A stretch of DNA of 64,000 bases from Spirochaetia bacterium (lineage in GTDB: Bacteria; Spirochaetota; Spirochaetia; UBA9216): assembly GCA_963675665.1 (NCBI GenBank), contig OY776510.1, forward strand, positions 2,464,001 through 2,528,000, written 5' to 3'. Below, one piece after another: positions 27,827-36,962 of this stretch. How positions within the stretch are numbered: position 1 is the first letter of the stretch; each line of letters begins with the position of its first letter. The notes under the pieces were generated by a model, which worked only from the letters and a program-made list of their open reading frames with translations, made no database searches and was not told where the DNA came from. The translations under genes were made by a program, and so were the position numbers.

Positions 27827-29215
27827 TTATTTGCAGTAGATTTTTTTATCGTTTTTTCCAAACTGATAATTAACCCATTTACCCCTTTGCGCGGGATAGT
27901 TGTAACCGGTATCCGTGTTTTTGGTTCTTGCCCCTGCGGTTTTCCATCCGGCCGGAGAGAGTTCCTCGAACAGCCATTTCTGGGCAGGTAAAAAGGAACT
28001 TTCGCTTTCGGCAAATACGGGGGCGTGTCCGTTAAGTTCAATCCAGCCTGCCGCCCGTTTTGTCCAGGCCCCGCTCTGCTTAAGGGTTTCGATATCGTTA
28101 ATTACACCACAGCGCCTGATCATGATGATTCTTTCAGCGGCCACGGGGCCTATGCCCGGGACATGCAGCAGGGTGTCAAAATCAGCCTTGTTGATCTCAA
28201 CCGGGAAAAAACCCGGATTCATTACGGCCCATGCCGTTTTGGGGTCGGTTTCAAGCGGAATGTCTCCCATACTGTTGAAAACCAGGTCAGGAAAGCGAAA
28301 CCCGTATGCCCGCATAAGAAAATCACATTGGTAAAGGCGGTGTTCCCTTAGCAGCGGAGAACCTTCAAACCCTTTCCCTGATATCTCGTCTTTTTTCTTT
28401 TGTATCGCCGATTTTGTCGCTTCAGAAGTTGACGGGCCATGCTGTTTCTGATATGCGGAAAAATAGGCTCTGAACATGAAATAATCACGGTAAAGCCTGT
28501 CTACGGATCTCATTATATCGAAATCCTTTTCACCGGCGGCTCCTATCACAAACTGGGTGGTCTGACTTGTCGTTTTTATTGCCGTGCCGGATAAACCGTT
28601 CTTCTTTGCCTGAAGCAGACCCGAAACACGGGAAACAGCAGGCAGTATGTCACGCTCCAGTTTTTTATCCGGTGCAATGGCCTCCAGATGTCTTTCGGTA
28701 GGGGCTTCAAGATTAATGGAAAGCCTGTTCGCCAAAGCCGCCGCGGTATCAATAAGGTGTTCTGAGCATCCCGGAATGATTTTTAAGTGGATGTAACCGT
28801 TAAAACGGTATGTGCGGCGAAGAATTACAGCAGTTTTAACCATATCTTCCATGGCCCGGGAAGGGGAACCGCATACGCCTGAAGAAAGAAAAATACCTTC
28901 TACCAGTCCGCTGTATACCATTTCCATAAACGAAGCAGCCAGTTCATCCGGACTCAGGCTGACTCTTTTTACATCATCATTATTTACGGCAAACCGGCAG
29001 TAGGTGCAGTTATTTTTGCAGCTGTTGCTTTGAAGGATTTTCAGAATATGGACTTTCCCCTGTCCGGGAACCGAAGCAGGGTAAATCCATTCATGGAGGG
29101 GGTTTTCGGGCTTGCGGGTTCTTCCCGGTTTCCCGGCTGCACCGCTTGAACAGGAAGCAAGGCAGACATCGTATCGTGCCGACTCGGCAAGCTCGGTTAC
29201 TTTATTACTTAACAT
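27827..29215 (-). CDS. Putative DNA modification/repair radical SAM protein (TIGR03916-like) with HhH motif
   Basis: ARYDVC..SC, CKNNCTYC, FLSSGV, GYIHLKIIPG, QTTQFVIGA, REHRLYQCDFLMR.YGF, LLHVPGIGPVAA. Confidence 0.88.
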   Translation of the reverse strand: MLSNKVTELAESARYDVCLASCSSGAAGKPGRTRKPENPLHEWIYPASVPGQGKVHILKILQSNSCKNNCTYCRFAVNNDDVKRVSLSPDELAASFMEMVYSGLVEGIFLSSGVCGSPSRAMEDMVKTAVILRRTYRFNGYIHLKIIPGCSEHLIDTAAALANRLSINLEAPTERHLEAIAPDKKLERDILPAVSRVSGLLQAKKNGLSGTAIKTTSQTTQFVIGAAGEKDFDIMRSVDRLYRDYFMFRAYFSAYQKQHGPSTSEATKSAIQKKKDEISGKGFEGSPLLREHRLYQCDFLMRAYGFRFPDLVFNSMGDIPLETDPKTAWAVMNPGFFPVEINKADFDTLLHVPGIGPVAAERIIMIRRCGVINDIETLKQSGAWTKRAAGWIELNGHAPVFAESESSFLPAQKWLFEELSPAGWKTAGARTKNTDTGYNYPAQRGKWVNYQFGKNDKKIYCK

Positions 29216-29243
29216 TTGTATAGCATAACATCCGTTAAGTAAT
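29204..29243. promoter_or_regulatory. 10-bp inverted repeat spanning promoter and start codon of the radical SAM gene
   Basis: ATTACTTAAC-N20-GTTAAGTAAT; minus-strand promoter TTGCCA-N17-TATGCT-N6-ATG. Confidence 0.55.
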
Positions 29244-29321
29244 TTGGCAAGATTTATTTTTTCTTTCGCTCACACTATATTGAGTTTATAATAAAAACCA
29301 TAACGACAGACGGAGGACAAT

Positions 29322-31583
29322 TTGACGCAGGATATACTTGCAGGGATTGAGCAGATTCTTGACGAAGCGCATTTATCAAAACGATCACAGTTATATGAAT
29401 ATGAGGTTTACAAGGTTCTTGATCTGATGAAGATCAGGACTCCTGTTCACAGGGTTGTGTCCGACGAAGCCGGGGTAACAAGAGATCTTCTTTCAGGGTT
29501 CGGAAGCAGCCGTATAGTAATCAAGATTATCAGCCCCGAAATTGCGCATAAACAGAAAGCCGGCGGCGTTCAGATACTTTACAAAGATCTTGATTTTGTT
29601 AAATACAGCATCAGGAAGATGATTGACAGTTTTAAAAACCAGGATATTCCTGTTGAAGGTGTTCTGCTTGTGGATTTTATCGAATATTCTCCTGAACTCG
29701 GAAACGAAGTGCTGATAGGATTTCAGGAAAGCGGTGTTTTCGGGCCGGTGCTGTCTTTCAGTAAAGGCGGGTCCGACGCGGAACTGTTCGCAAAACATTT
29801 TTCCGCTCCGAACCTGCTGCTTCCGCCTGTTACACGCGAATGGGCCGGAGCATTGCTTGCGTCCACCGAGATACACAATAAGTATCTGCAGGAAGGAAAA
29901 GGCGATTATATCGACAAGATTCTTGAAATAAAGATAAAGCTCGGCGAACTGGCAATGGCTTTTTCTAATTTTTTCGACAGCTCTTCGACCTATGTTCTTA
30001 ATGAGTTTGAGATTAACCCTTTCGTGTTTAATCCGGACGGTAACCTGATAGCACTTGATGGTTATGCAGTTTTCGGGAGGAAAATGAAAAACGGGGTTCG
30101 AAGGCAGAAGCCTGATAAATCAACCCTCGCGTCGTTTTTCCATCCTGACGGAGTTGCGGTCATCGGCGTCAGCAGTACGGACAGCAGCAGCGCCGGAAGC
30201 GTTATTGCCTCGAATATTCTGAAGCTCGGCCGGAAGGATCTTTATTGTGTTAATCCGAAAGGCGGAAATGCACTGGTAGCAGGTGTTCAGACAAGGCTCT
30301 ATGAAAGCCTGGCGGATCTTCCGCAGCAATGCGAGCTGGTGATAGTAACGGTCCCGGCTGAAGCAAGTTTAAAGGTTGTAAAGGAAGCTGCCTCTTCAGG
30401 CTGCAGGGCGCTGCTTCTTATCCCCGGGGGATTCAGCGAGTCAGGCAGTAACGAGGGACTTGAAGAAGAAATCGGACGCATAGCTGCGGAAGCCGGGATC
30501 AGGGTGATGGGACCGAACTGCCTGGGGATTTTATACGCTTCCGACGGCGGCGGCGGCGGGCTTAATACATTCTTCATACCTGAAGCAAAGTTCAAGCTGG
30601 ATATGAACCGTGAACAGAATATTGCGCTGTTCAGCCAGAGCGGAGCGCTCGGGCTTGTTGAGCTTGCAAACTTAAAAAAATCCGTAAGCCCCAGAGTCGC
30701 TGTCAGTTACGGAAATCAGCTTGATGTAGATCCCGGCGATCTGGTTGAATATTTTCAGGATGAAGAAGGAATCAAGGCTATCGGTATTTATATTGAAGGA
30801 TTCAAACCCGGAGCAGGGCGACGTTTTTTTGAAATTACCAGGCGCAGCAGGATTCCGATTGTTGTTTACAAAGCTGGAAGGACCGCTGCCGGGCAGATGG
30901 CTACCCAGTCGCATACCGCAAGCATGGCTGGTGAGTACGCTGTTGCCCGTGCCGCCCTCAAGCAGGCCGGTCTTGTTGTTGCAGACACCATGGCCGATCA
31001 TCTCGGTTGTCTTAAAATCTTTGCCATGCTGCACGATAAAAAAATCAGCGGCAGGCGCACCGCAGTAATAACCAATGCCGGGTATGAGAAAGCAAATGCA
31101 GCGGATAACCTTAGAGAGCTGGAACTGGCAGAGCTTTCTGAAAAAACCACTGCAATGCTTGCCGGCGTACTTCCGTCGTTTGTAACTGTTGAACCGCTGC
31201 TCGATTTAACTCCCATGGCTGACGATGAAGTTTTTGCCCGATCCGTTGAGATTATGCTTGATGCGCCTGAAGTAGATGCAGTATGTATTTCGATTGTTCC
31301 GCATGCAGGAGCAATACATACTACCGATGATGAAATTGCCGGCTGCAGCAATAATCTCGGCGCGCTGCTTGCCCGCATAGCCGGAAAATCGGACAAACCG
31401 GCGGTTGTTTCGCTTACCGCCGTAAGCGGCGGTGACGACCTGTTCGGCAGGATGATCGGAGTTATGGATTCCGGGGGCCTGCCCACATACCTGAGCGCCG
31501 AACAGGCAATGTCGTATCTGAACGAGTTTATCCGTTACAGGATGATTCGGGAGCTGAATCTTCTGGATGAATGGATGAAATAA
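29322..31583 (+). CDS. ADP-forming acyl-CoA synthetase (acetate--CoA ligase family), fused in beta-alpha order
   Basis: N-terminal ATP-grasp (KIISPEIAHK..GGV, FEINP); then VAVIGVS, VMGPNCLG, SQSGA, SHTASMAG phospho-His; TTG start with SD GGAGG. Confidence 0.88.
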   Translation: MTQDILAGIEQILDEAHLSKRSQLYEYEVYKVLDLMKIRTPVHRVVSDEAGVTRDLLSGFGSSRIVIKIISPEIAHKQKAGGVQILYKDLDFVKYSIRKMIDSFKNQDIPVEGVLLVDFIEYSPELGNEVLIGFQESGVFGPVLSFSKGGSDAELFAKHFSAPNLLLPPVTREWAGALLASTEIHNKYLQEGKGDYIDKILEIKIKLGELAMAFSNFFDSSSTYVLNEFEINPFVFNPDGNLIALDGYAVFGRKMKNGVRRQKPDKSTLASFFHPDGVAVIGVSSTDSSSAGSVIASNILKLGRKDLYCVNPKGGNALVAGVQTRLYESLADLPQQCELVIVTVPAEASLKVVKEAASSGCRALLLIPGGFSESGSNEGLEEEIGRIAAEAGIRVMGPNCLGILYASDGGGGGLNTFFIPEAKFKLDMNREQNIALFSQSGALGLVELANLKKSVSPRVAVSYGNQLDVDPGDLVEYFQDEEGIKAIGIYIEGFKPGAGRRFFEITRRSRIPIVVYKAGRTAAGQMATQSHTASMAGEYAVARAALKQAGLVVADTMADHLGCLKIFAMLHDKKISGRRTAVITNAGYEKANAADNLRELELAELSEKTTAMLAGVLPSFVTVEPLLDLTPMADDEVFARSVEIMLDAPEVDAVCISIVPHAGAIHTTDDEIAGCSNNLGALLARIAGKSDKPAVVSLTAVSGGDDLFGRMIGVMDSGGLPTYLSAEQAMSYLNEFIRYRMIRELNLLDEWMK

Positions 31584-31619
31584 AGCTGAATGTCAACATT
31601 GGTTTTAAAGGTAGATAAA

Positions 31620-32657
31620 ATGAAGAAGTTTTTCAGAATTGTTCTGATTTTTATTATTTTGATTATTCTTATTTTTGCCGCTCTTGTGCTTTCACTCCGG
31701 TTTGTAAGGAATGCAGATAAAACTGCTCAGATGGAACGTATTGAACTGTTGACGGAAACGCCTTTTCCGTCGATGAGTATTCCGGATACGCTGCTTGACG
31801 ATTCGCTCAGGCTAAACCAGATACGATGGCTGGCGACGCATAACAGTTATCACGGCAAGGCCAGTCTGCTGCAGCTTGTTCTGCTGGATCTGTTTCAGCC
31901 CGGCGAGGCTGATAAGCTGAAATATTCGCATTCCGGTTTTTACAGCCAGCTTGAGCTTGGGGTGCGAAGTTTTGAACTGGATCTGCGGCGTTATCGCAGC
32001 GGCAGTTATGAATGTATTCATGTTCCGCTTGTCGACAATCGCGGCCACTCGCCGGTTTTTAAAGGCGCCCTCGAAGAGATGAAATTGTGGTCCGACAGGC
32101 ATCCGGAGCACATACCTGTAATCGTGATAATGGAAACAAAAGACGACTGGAGGTTTCTCGACCCCGGGCTCAGGAAGTGGAGCCCCGAAGCGCTTGCCGG
32201 CGTCGATAAAATAATCTCCGGGGTTCTGGGGCAAAAGCCTATAACTCCCGATACAATCCGAGGGGCTGACGGTACTGTCCGTGGTGGGCTGATTGATAAT
32301 GGCTGGCCGGAGCTTGGAAAATCGCGCGGGAAGTTTATTTTTGTATTTCATGAAAACGATGCGGACTACTTTAACGGGGAATATTTCGACAGCAGCGACC
32401 GCGTCAGTTTTTTTATGGCTGATCGTGATTCGCCGGAAGCTTCTTTTATTCTCAGAAACGAACCGGGATCTGCAGATATTGCCGAATTAGTCAAAGAAGG
32501 TTTTATAGTGCGGACACGGGCTGATGCCGACCTTGAGTATTCGGAAGAAAGAAAACGTCTTGCAATCGCTTCAGGAGCCCAGATTGTCTCGACTGATTTT
32601 CCCAAAGGGTATGCTTCAAATGAGGAGTACAGCCTGGGGTCGGACGAGCTTTTTTAG
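31620..32657 (+). CDS. Membrane-anchored PI-PLC-like phosphodiesterase (Ca-dependent PI-PLC type)
   Basis: N-terminal TM; THNSYH, GVRSFELDL, HP.HIPV, WP.L...RGK, GAQIVSTDF; start moved to ATG after AAGGT. Confidence 0.8.
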   Translation: MKKFFRIVLIFIILIILIFAALVLSLRFVRNADKTAQMERIELLTETPFPSMSIPDTLLDDSLRLNQIRWLATHNSYHGKASLLQLVLLDLFQPGEADKLKYSHSGFYSQLELGVRSFELDLRRYRSGSYECIHVPLVDNRGHSPVFKGALEEMKLWSDRHPEHIPVIVIMETKDDWRFLDPGLRKWSPEALAGVDKIISGVLGQKPITPDTIRGADGTVRGGLIDNGWPELGKSRGKFIFVFHENDADYFNGEYFDSSDRVSFFMADRDSPEASFILRNEPGSADIAELVKEGFIVRTRADADLEYSEERKRLAIASGAQIVSTDFPKGYASNEEYSLGSDELF

Positions 32658-32903
32658 ATGCAGCACAACATATTTTGTTACAGATTCCGGTCTCCCTGAT
32701 ATCTTTTTTCTTGACTCATAATTAAATACCCCGTAACATTAATAATAATATTTAATATTGTGTCGGAGTTATGGCAAAAAGTTATACAAGTTCAACAGAG
32801 CAAAAAGTATATTCCGGTTCCTGAGCATCCTGCTCACCAGGCCTTATACATCTAATCATTTATCAGAGCTGTGCTGCTGACATGGTTATTGAATGGGGCA
32901 ATT

Positions 32904-34958
32904 ATGAAAAAAAATTATCTCTTTTTAACTCTTGTTTTTTATGTTTTGTCAGTTTCAATTATTTATTCTCAACAAAATAACGGCATTCAGTTTCGTTTGA
33001 CTCCGGGCGCCGTTGTGCCTGTAGGGTCCAGCAACGGCAGGTACGGGTTGGGGTTTTCGGCGGATCTTGAATGCGACTATTATATGCCTTTTGCTCCGGT
33101 AGTATTTGCGTCCGGGGGCATCGGGTTTGAACAAAGCACGAACACTATTACCGATTCGGGGCTCTTGCTATTTTCAGCAGGAGCAGGCGGCGGAGTTAAT
33201 GTCTCGCCTGTTAACAGGTTGAATTTAAGAGCTTCCGGCAGCGGGGGATATTACCTGGGTATGTATGAAAACGAGACAGGCGGCAGCGTCTTTTTCAAGG
33301 CCGGGGCAAATTTGTCTTTTAAGTTTAATCCTTCGTTTTCTCTTGGTGTCTCCGGAGCATATCGTCACTATTTTACCGGAACCGAACCTTTTTTCCAGGG
33401 GGTGCAAACCTCTCTTGAAGTAAGTATTAATCCTTCGGGTGCAAAGAAAAAATCCAGAATTGAATATATGGATATTCATTTTGAACAGGTTTTTCCGGTG
33501 TTTCATGCATATTATTCGAAACATCCGGTGGGCACGGTTGTCATAAAAAACGGTGAGAATGCTCCAATAGAGAACGTAACCGTAAGTTTTTTTGCCGAAG
33601 AATACATGGCCAACCCGACAGTTTCAGCTAATTTCGATCGTATCCCCATGAACCGGGAACAAACCATACCACTGTTCGCGCTTTTCGGGAAAAATATTCT
33701 TGAACTGACCGAAGGAACCGAAGCTTCCGCGGAGATTATCATAGAATATGTAGTCTCGGGAACGGACATTTTAACAAGCAAATCCTGTGTCCTGCCGATA
33801 GAACGGCGAAACGCCATGACCTGGGTTGACGACAACAGGGCTGCAAGTTTTGTTACTGCAAACGATCCTGCTGTTCTCCGCTTTTCAAAACCCATAGCAG
33901 CAGCTGTGCGTGAACAAAGCGCAGCCTCGCTCAATGCCAATTTCAGATATGCTTTCGCTGTTTTTCAGGGACTTTCAGAGTACGGGATGGGATATGTAGT
34001 CGATCCGGCGACGCCTTATCAGGACCTTTCCGAAAATCGTTATTCCGTCGATTTTCTTCAGTTTCCGAATGAAACTCTTACCTATCGTTCCGGCGATTGC
34101 GACGATCTTTCAATCATGTACGCGGCGCTGCTGCAGTCGATAAATATCGATACAGCCTTCGTTACCGTTCCCGGCCATATTTTTATTGCTTTTTCGCTTG
34201 ATATCCCTCCCGAAGAAGGACGGAAGATGTTTTCCAACCCCGATAATTTGATTTTCATGAATGATAATACATGGGTGCCTGTTGAAATCACAATGTTCGG
34301 GGACGATTTTATAAAGGCCTGGCATTACGCGGCGCGTGAATGGAGGGCGGATGCCCCGGAAAATGCCGGGTTTTTCCCGGTGCGCGAGGCATGGAATATA
34401 TACCGGCCTGTGGATTCGCCTTTCAATGATGCTGATATAGATTTTCCCGATACAGGCGATGTCCTTTTATCGTATGAAAAGCATCTTGAAGCCTTTATCA
34501 GAAACGATATTGAAGGCAGAAAAGAAGCCCTTGAGAAAAAAATCTCGCAGAGCAATAACAGTCCCCGTCAGGTTAATCGTCTCGGGGTCCTTTATGCGAG
34601 ATACGGGCTGATTGATGATGCGGTGGAAAATTTTCAGCTGGCCGCTGCTGAAGATTATGCCCCCGCAATTATTAACCTGGGCAATATTTTTCTTCTTAAG
34701 GAAGAATATGCGGAAGCCGCAGTTTTTTTTGAAAGAGCGGACAGGCTGTTTCCGGAAAACCCCAATGTCGTTCTCGGGCTTGCCCGCGTGAATTATGAGC
34801 TGGAAGATTACAGTGAAGTAAAAATCAGATACGAAAAGCTGGCAGAGCTCGATCCGCTGCTTGCGGAGGAATATTCCTACCTGACAACAGCTTCAGAATC
34901 AACATCACGAGCCGGATTTAACGAAGAAAGGAGGGCCCCGCTATGGTCCGAAGAATAA
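32904..34958 (+). CDS. Secreted protein: OM beta-barrel-like N-domain + transglutaminase-like Cys-His-Glu domain + TPR repeats
   Basis: Signal MKKNYLF..; alternating aromatic/Gly strands; QFPNETL..SGDCDDLS, PGHIF, WVPVEIT; NRLGVLYARYG, INLGNIFLL TPRs. Confidence 0.78.
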   Translation: MKKNYLFLTLVFYVLSVSIIYSQQNNGIQFRLTPGAVVPVGSSNGRYGLGFSADLECDYYMPFAPVVFASGGIGFEQSTNTITDSGLLLFSAGAGGGVNVSPVNRLNLRASGSGGYYLGMYENETGGSVFFKAGANLSFKFNPSFSLGVSGAYRHYFTGTEPFFQGVQTSLEVSINPSGAKKKSRIEYMDIHFEQVFPVFHAYYSKHPVGTVVIKNGENAPIENVTVSFFAEEYMANPTVSANFDRIPMNREQTIPLFALFGKNILELTEGTEASAEIIIEYVVSGTDILTSKSCVLPIERRNAMTWVDDNRAASFVTANDPAVLRFSKPIAAAVREQSAASLNANFRYAFAVFQGLSEYGMGYVVDPATPYQDLSENRYSVDFLQFPNETLTYRSGDCDDLSIMYAALLQSINIDTAFVTVPGHIFIAFSLDIPPEEGRKMFSNPDNLIFMNDNTWVPVEITMFGDDFIKAWHYAAREWRADAPENAGFFPVREAWNIYRPVDSPFNDADIDFPDTGDVLLSYEKHLEAFIRNDIEGRKEALEKKISQSNNSPRQVNRLGVLYARYGLIDDAVENFQLAAAEDYAPAIINLGNIFLLKEEYAEAAVFFERADRLFPENPNVVLGLARVNYELEDYSEVKIRYEKLAELDPLLAEEYSYLTTASESTSRAGFNEERRAPLWSEE

Positions 34959-36946
34959 TATCAGTAATATTTCCGGTTTTATTTTCTGTCATTATTATTG
35001 TTTCCGCCTGCGATAATCCTCTGGACAGGATTATTAAGGAGGACGAACAGCGTCACCTGGATACGGTTCCTCCCGTTATAACCGAGTTTGCTCTTACGAG
35101 CGAAAACCCGGCAACAAGCCGCAATATAACCTTTACACTGGCCGGCAGCGATGATGTTTCCGGTGTTGCTGGATGGCTTGTAAATGAAACCGGGGCAGCG
35201 CCCGACGCCACAGCCGGCAGCTGGCTTACTGAGCTTCCTTCCGCTTACCAGCTGTCCGACGGCGACGGAGATAAAACCGTATATGCGTGGGCCAAAGACG
35301 GGGCGGGAAACGTAAGCGAGCCCGCATCATTTACGCTTGTGCTTTATACGGCCGGCCCGTCTACAAGCTTTTCACTAACAAGCGCTACCCCGACTGGCAA
35401 CCCGGCAATCACGTTCGATCTCAGCGGCGACGGAAACGTTACGGGATGGTATATCAGCGAAAGCTCCGACGCCCCGGACCCGGGCGGCGCCGGATGGACG
35501 GGAACAGCTCCTTCTGATTACACCTTTTCCGCTGAACAGGGCGTCCGGACACTGTACGCCTGGGCTAAAAACGCTGGAGGCATTCTGAGTGTACGGCGTT
35601 CGATTCAGGTAGAGATATATGTAGCGCCGCCGACTACGGCGATTGCCGCCGATTCGGTTATAACCGGCCATGAAAAAATAATTCTGACCTTTTCCGAAAC
35701 AATGAAGAATACAAGCGAATCCTTCGGCGGCACAATCGGCACGGCGGCAGGTTCATGGGAGACCTCCGTGCATACCGACGACCGGCTTGTGGTTTCCGCT
35801 TCCGGACTATGGATTGCCGGAGACGACATGGTCCTGATCGTAGACTGTGAAAACCAGTACGGCGTACCGATAGACACCTTCAGCATCAGCTATGATGTTT
35901 TTAACGGGACATGCGCCGATTCTTCAGCGGCTCCGGGAGGCGACGGCACGGTGAGCCTGCCTTTTGATGCTATTCAGGATGCCGTAGACGGGGCGGACAG
36001 TCTCTATGTAACGCCTGCCAACGGGATTGATACCGCCGAAGTTCGCGTCGCGGGAGGGACCTATGCGGCAGCCGGGCCTGTTGTAACAATGGCCGACGGA
36101 ATTTCGGTATTGGGACGCTGGTCCGGTGATTTCGGCACCAGAAGCGAAAGCCTGTATACAACAACGATAAGCGACACAAGAACAAGCGGCGGCGGTTATC
36201 ATAATCCTGTTGCCGCGGTACTTTCATCTGTTGTCTATAGTCAGCCGACCGAGCTTTCCCGCTTTACAATTGAGATTCCGGAAGTGACAGGAGGGGCAGA
36301 CTGCGCCGGTGCCGGAATCAGAATAGAGAATGCAGACAGCAACCTGACTCTTGCCGATATTACGGTTACAAACCAGGGTAATTCAACATATCCGGAATGG
36401 TCCTACGGTATTTTTATTGATACCTGCGCGGCAGTCTCGATTACCGGATGCTTCGTCGAACCGGATGATACTAACCAGTCCTCATTCGGACTGCTCTCGC
36501 TGGACTCAACCGCAATTATCCATGATTGTGAGATTTACAGCGGCGATGCCGGGCACAGTTCCTCCGCCAGTTCCTACGCCGTCAGGACGAATTCAAGCCT
36601 TACCGTTACCGGAAACAGCGCCGCTGATCGCGCGTTAATTTATGCCGGAACATCCACTTACAGATCATACGGGATATACAGTACTTCAACCGCTGCTCCT
36701 GTTATACAGTATGTTCTGTTTGATTCGCCGAGCGGTACGGCTTACTATCTGTACGAGAACAGCTCAACCTCAAGCCCGGCGATTTTTTCTGATAATTATT
36801 TCGGTACGCAGGCCGGAGTCTGGTACACCGACAATGATCTCGGCACCGATGTCAGGTACAATACATTCTCTTCAAATAACGTATCGATAGGCGGGGTCAC
36901 CGATAAATTGAGTTACTGGAACAACGATGGTGTAAACGCACAATAA
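34943..36946 (+). CDS. Lipoprotein with tandem Ig-like repeats and DUF1565-like/pectin-lyase-type beta-helix
   Basis: Lipobox VSAC; two repeats ending TVYAWAKDGAGNVS / TLYAWAKNAGG; GDGT..PF.AIQDAV..VRVAGGTY; recurring YGI motifs. Confidence 0.75.
   Translation: MVRRIISVIFPVLFSVIIIVSACDNPLDRIIKEDEQRHLDTVPPVITEFALTSENPATSRNITFTLAGSDDVSGVAGWLVNETGAAPDATAGSWLTELPSAYQLSDGDGDKTVYAWAKDGAGNVSEPASFTLVLYTAGPSTSFSLTSATPTGNPAITFDLSGDGNVTGWYISESSDAPDPGGAGWTGTAPSDYTFSAEQGVRTLYAWAKNAGGILSVRRSIQVEIYVAPPTTAIAADSVITGHEKIILTFSETMKNTSESFGGTIGTAAGSWETSVHTDDRLVVSASGLWIAGDDMVLIVDCENQYGVPIDTFSISYDVFNGTCADSSAAPGGDGTVSLPFDAIQDAVDGADSLYVTPANGIDTAEVRVAGGTYAAAGPVVTMADGISVLGRWSGDFGTRSESLYTTTISDTRTSGGGYHNPVAAVLSSVVYSQPTELSRFTIEIPEVTGGADCAGAGIRIENADSNLTLADITVTNQGNSTYPEWSYGIFIDTCAAVSITGCFVEPDDTNQSSFGLLSLDSTAIIHDCEIYSGDAGHSSSASSYAVRTNSSLTVTGNSAADRALIYAGTSTYRSYGIYSTSTAAPVIQYVLFDSPSGTAYYLYENSSTSSPAIFSDNYFGTQAGVWYTDNDLGTDVRYNTFSSNNVSIGGVTDKLSYWNNDGVNAQ
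35060..35620 (+). repeat. Two tandem ~90-aa Ig-like protein repeats within the lipoprotein
   Basis: F.LTS..P....ITF.L.G....V.GW...E....PD.....W....PS.Y......G..T.YAWAK conserved in both units. Confidence 0.75.
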
Positions 36947-36962
36947 TAAAAAGGGGAAGATA

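Noticed and set aside
32771-32824. 17-aa leader peptide MAKSYTSSTEQKVYSGS
   Set aside because: GGAG is only 2 nt from the ATG, there is no regulatory codon run and no terminator/antiterminator pair
32770-32880. c-di-GMP-I riboswitch suggested by GGCAAA...GCAAA upstream of the surface operon
   Set aside because: No GAAA-capped paired stem between the two motifs and no convincing second stem; a cmsearch with RF01051 would settle it
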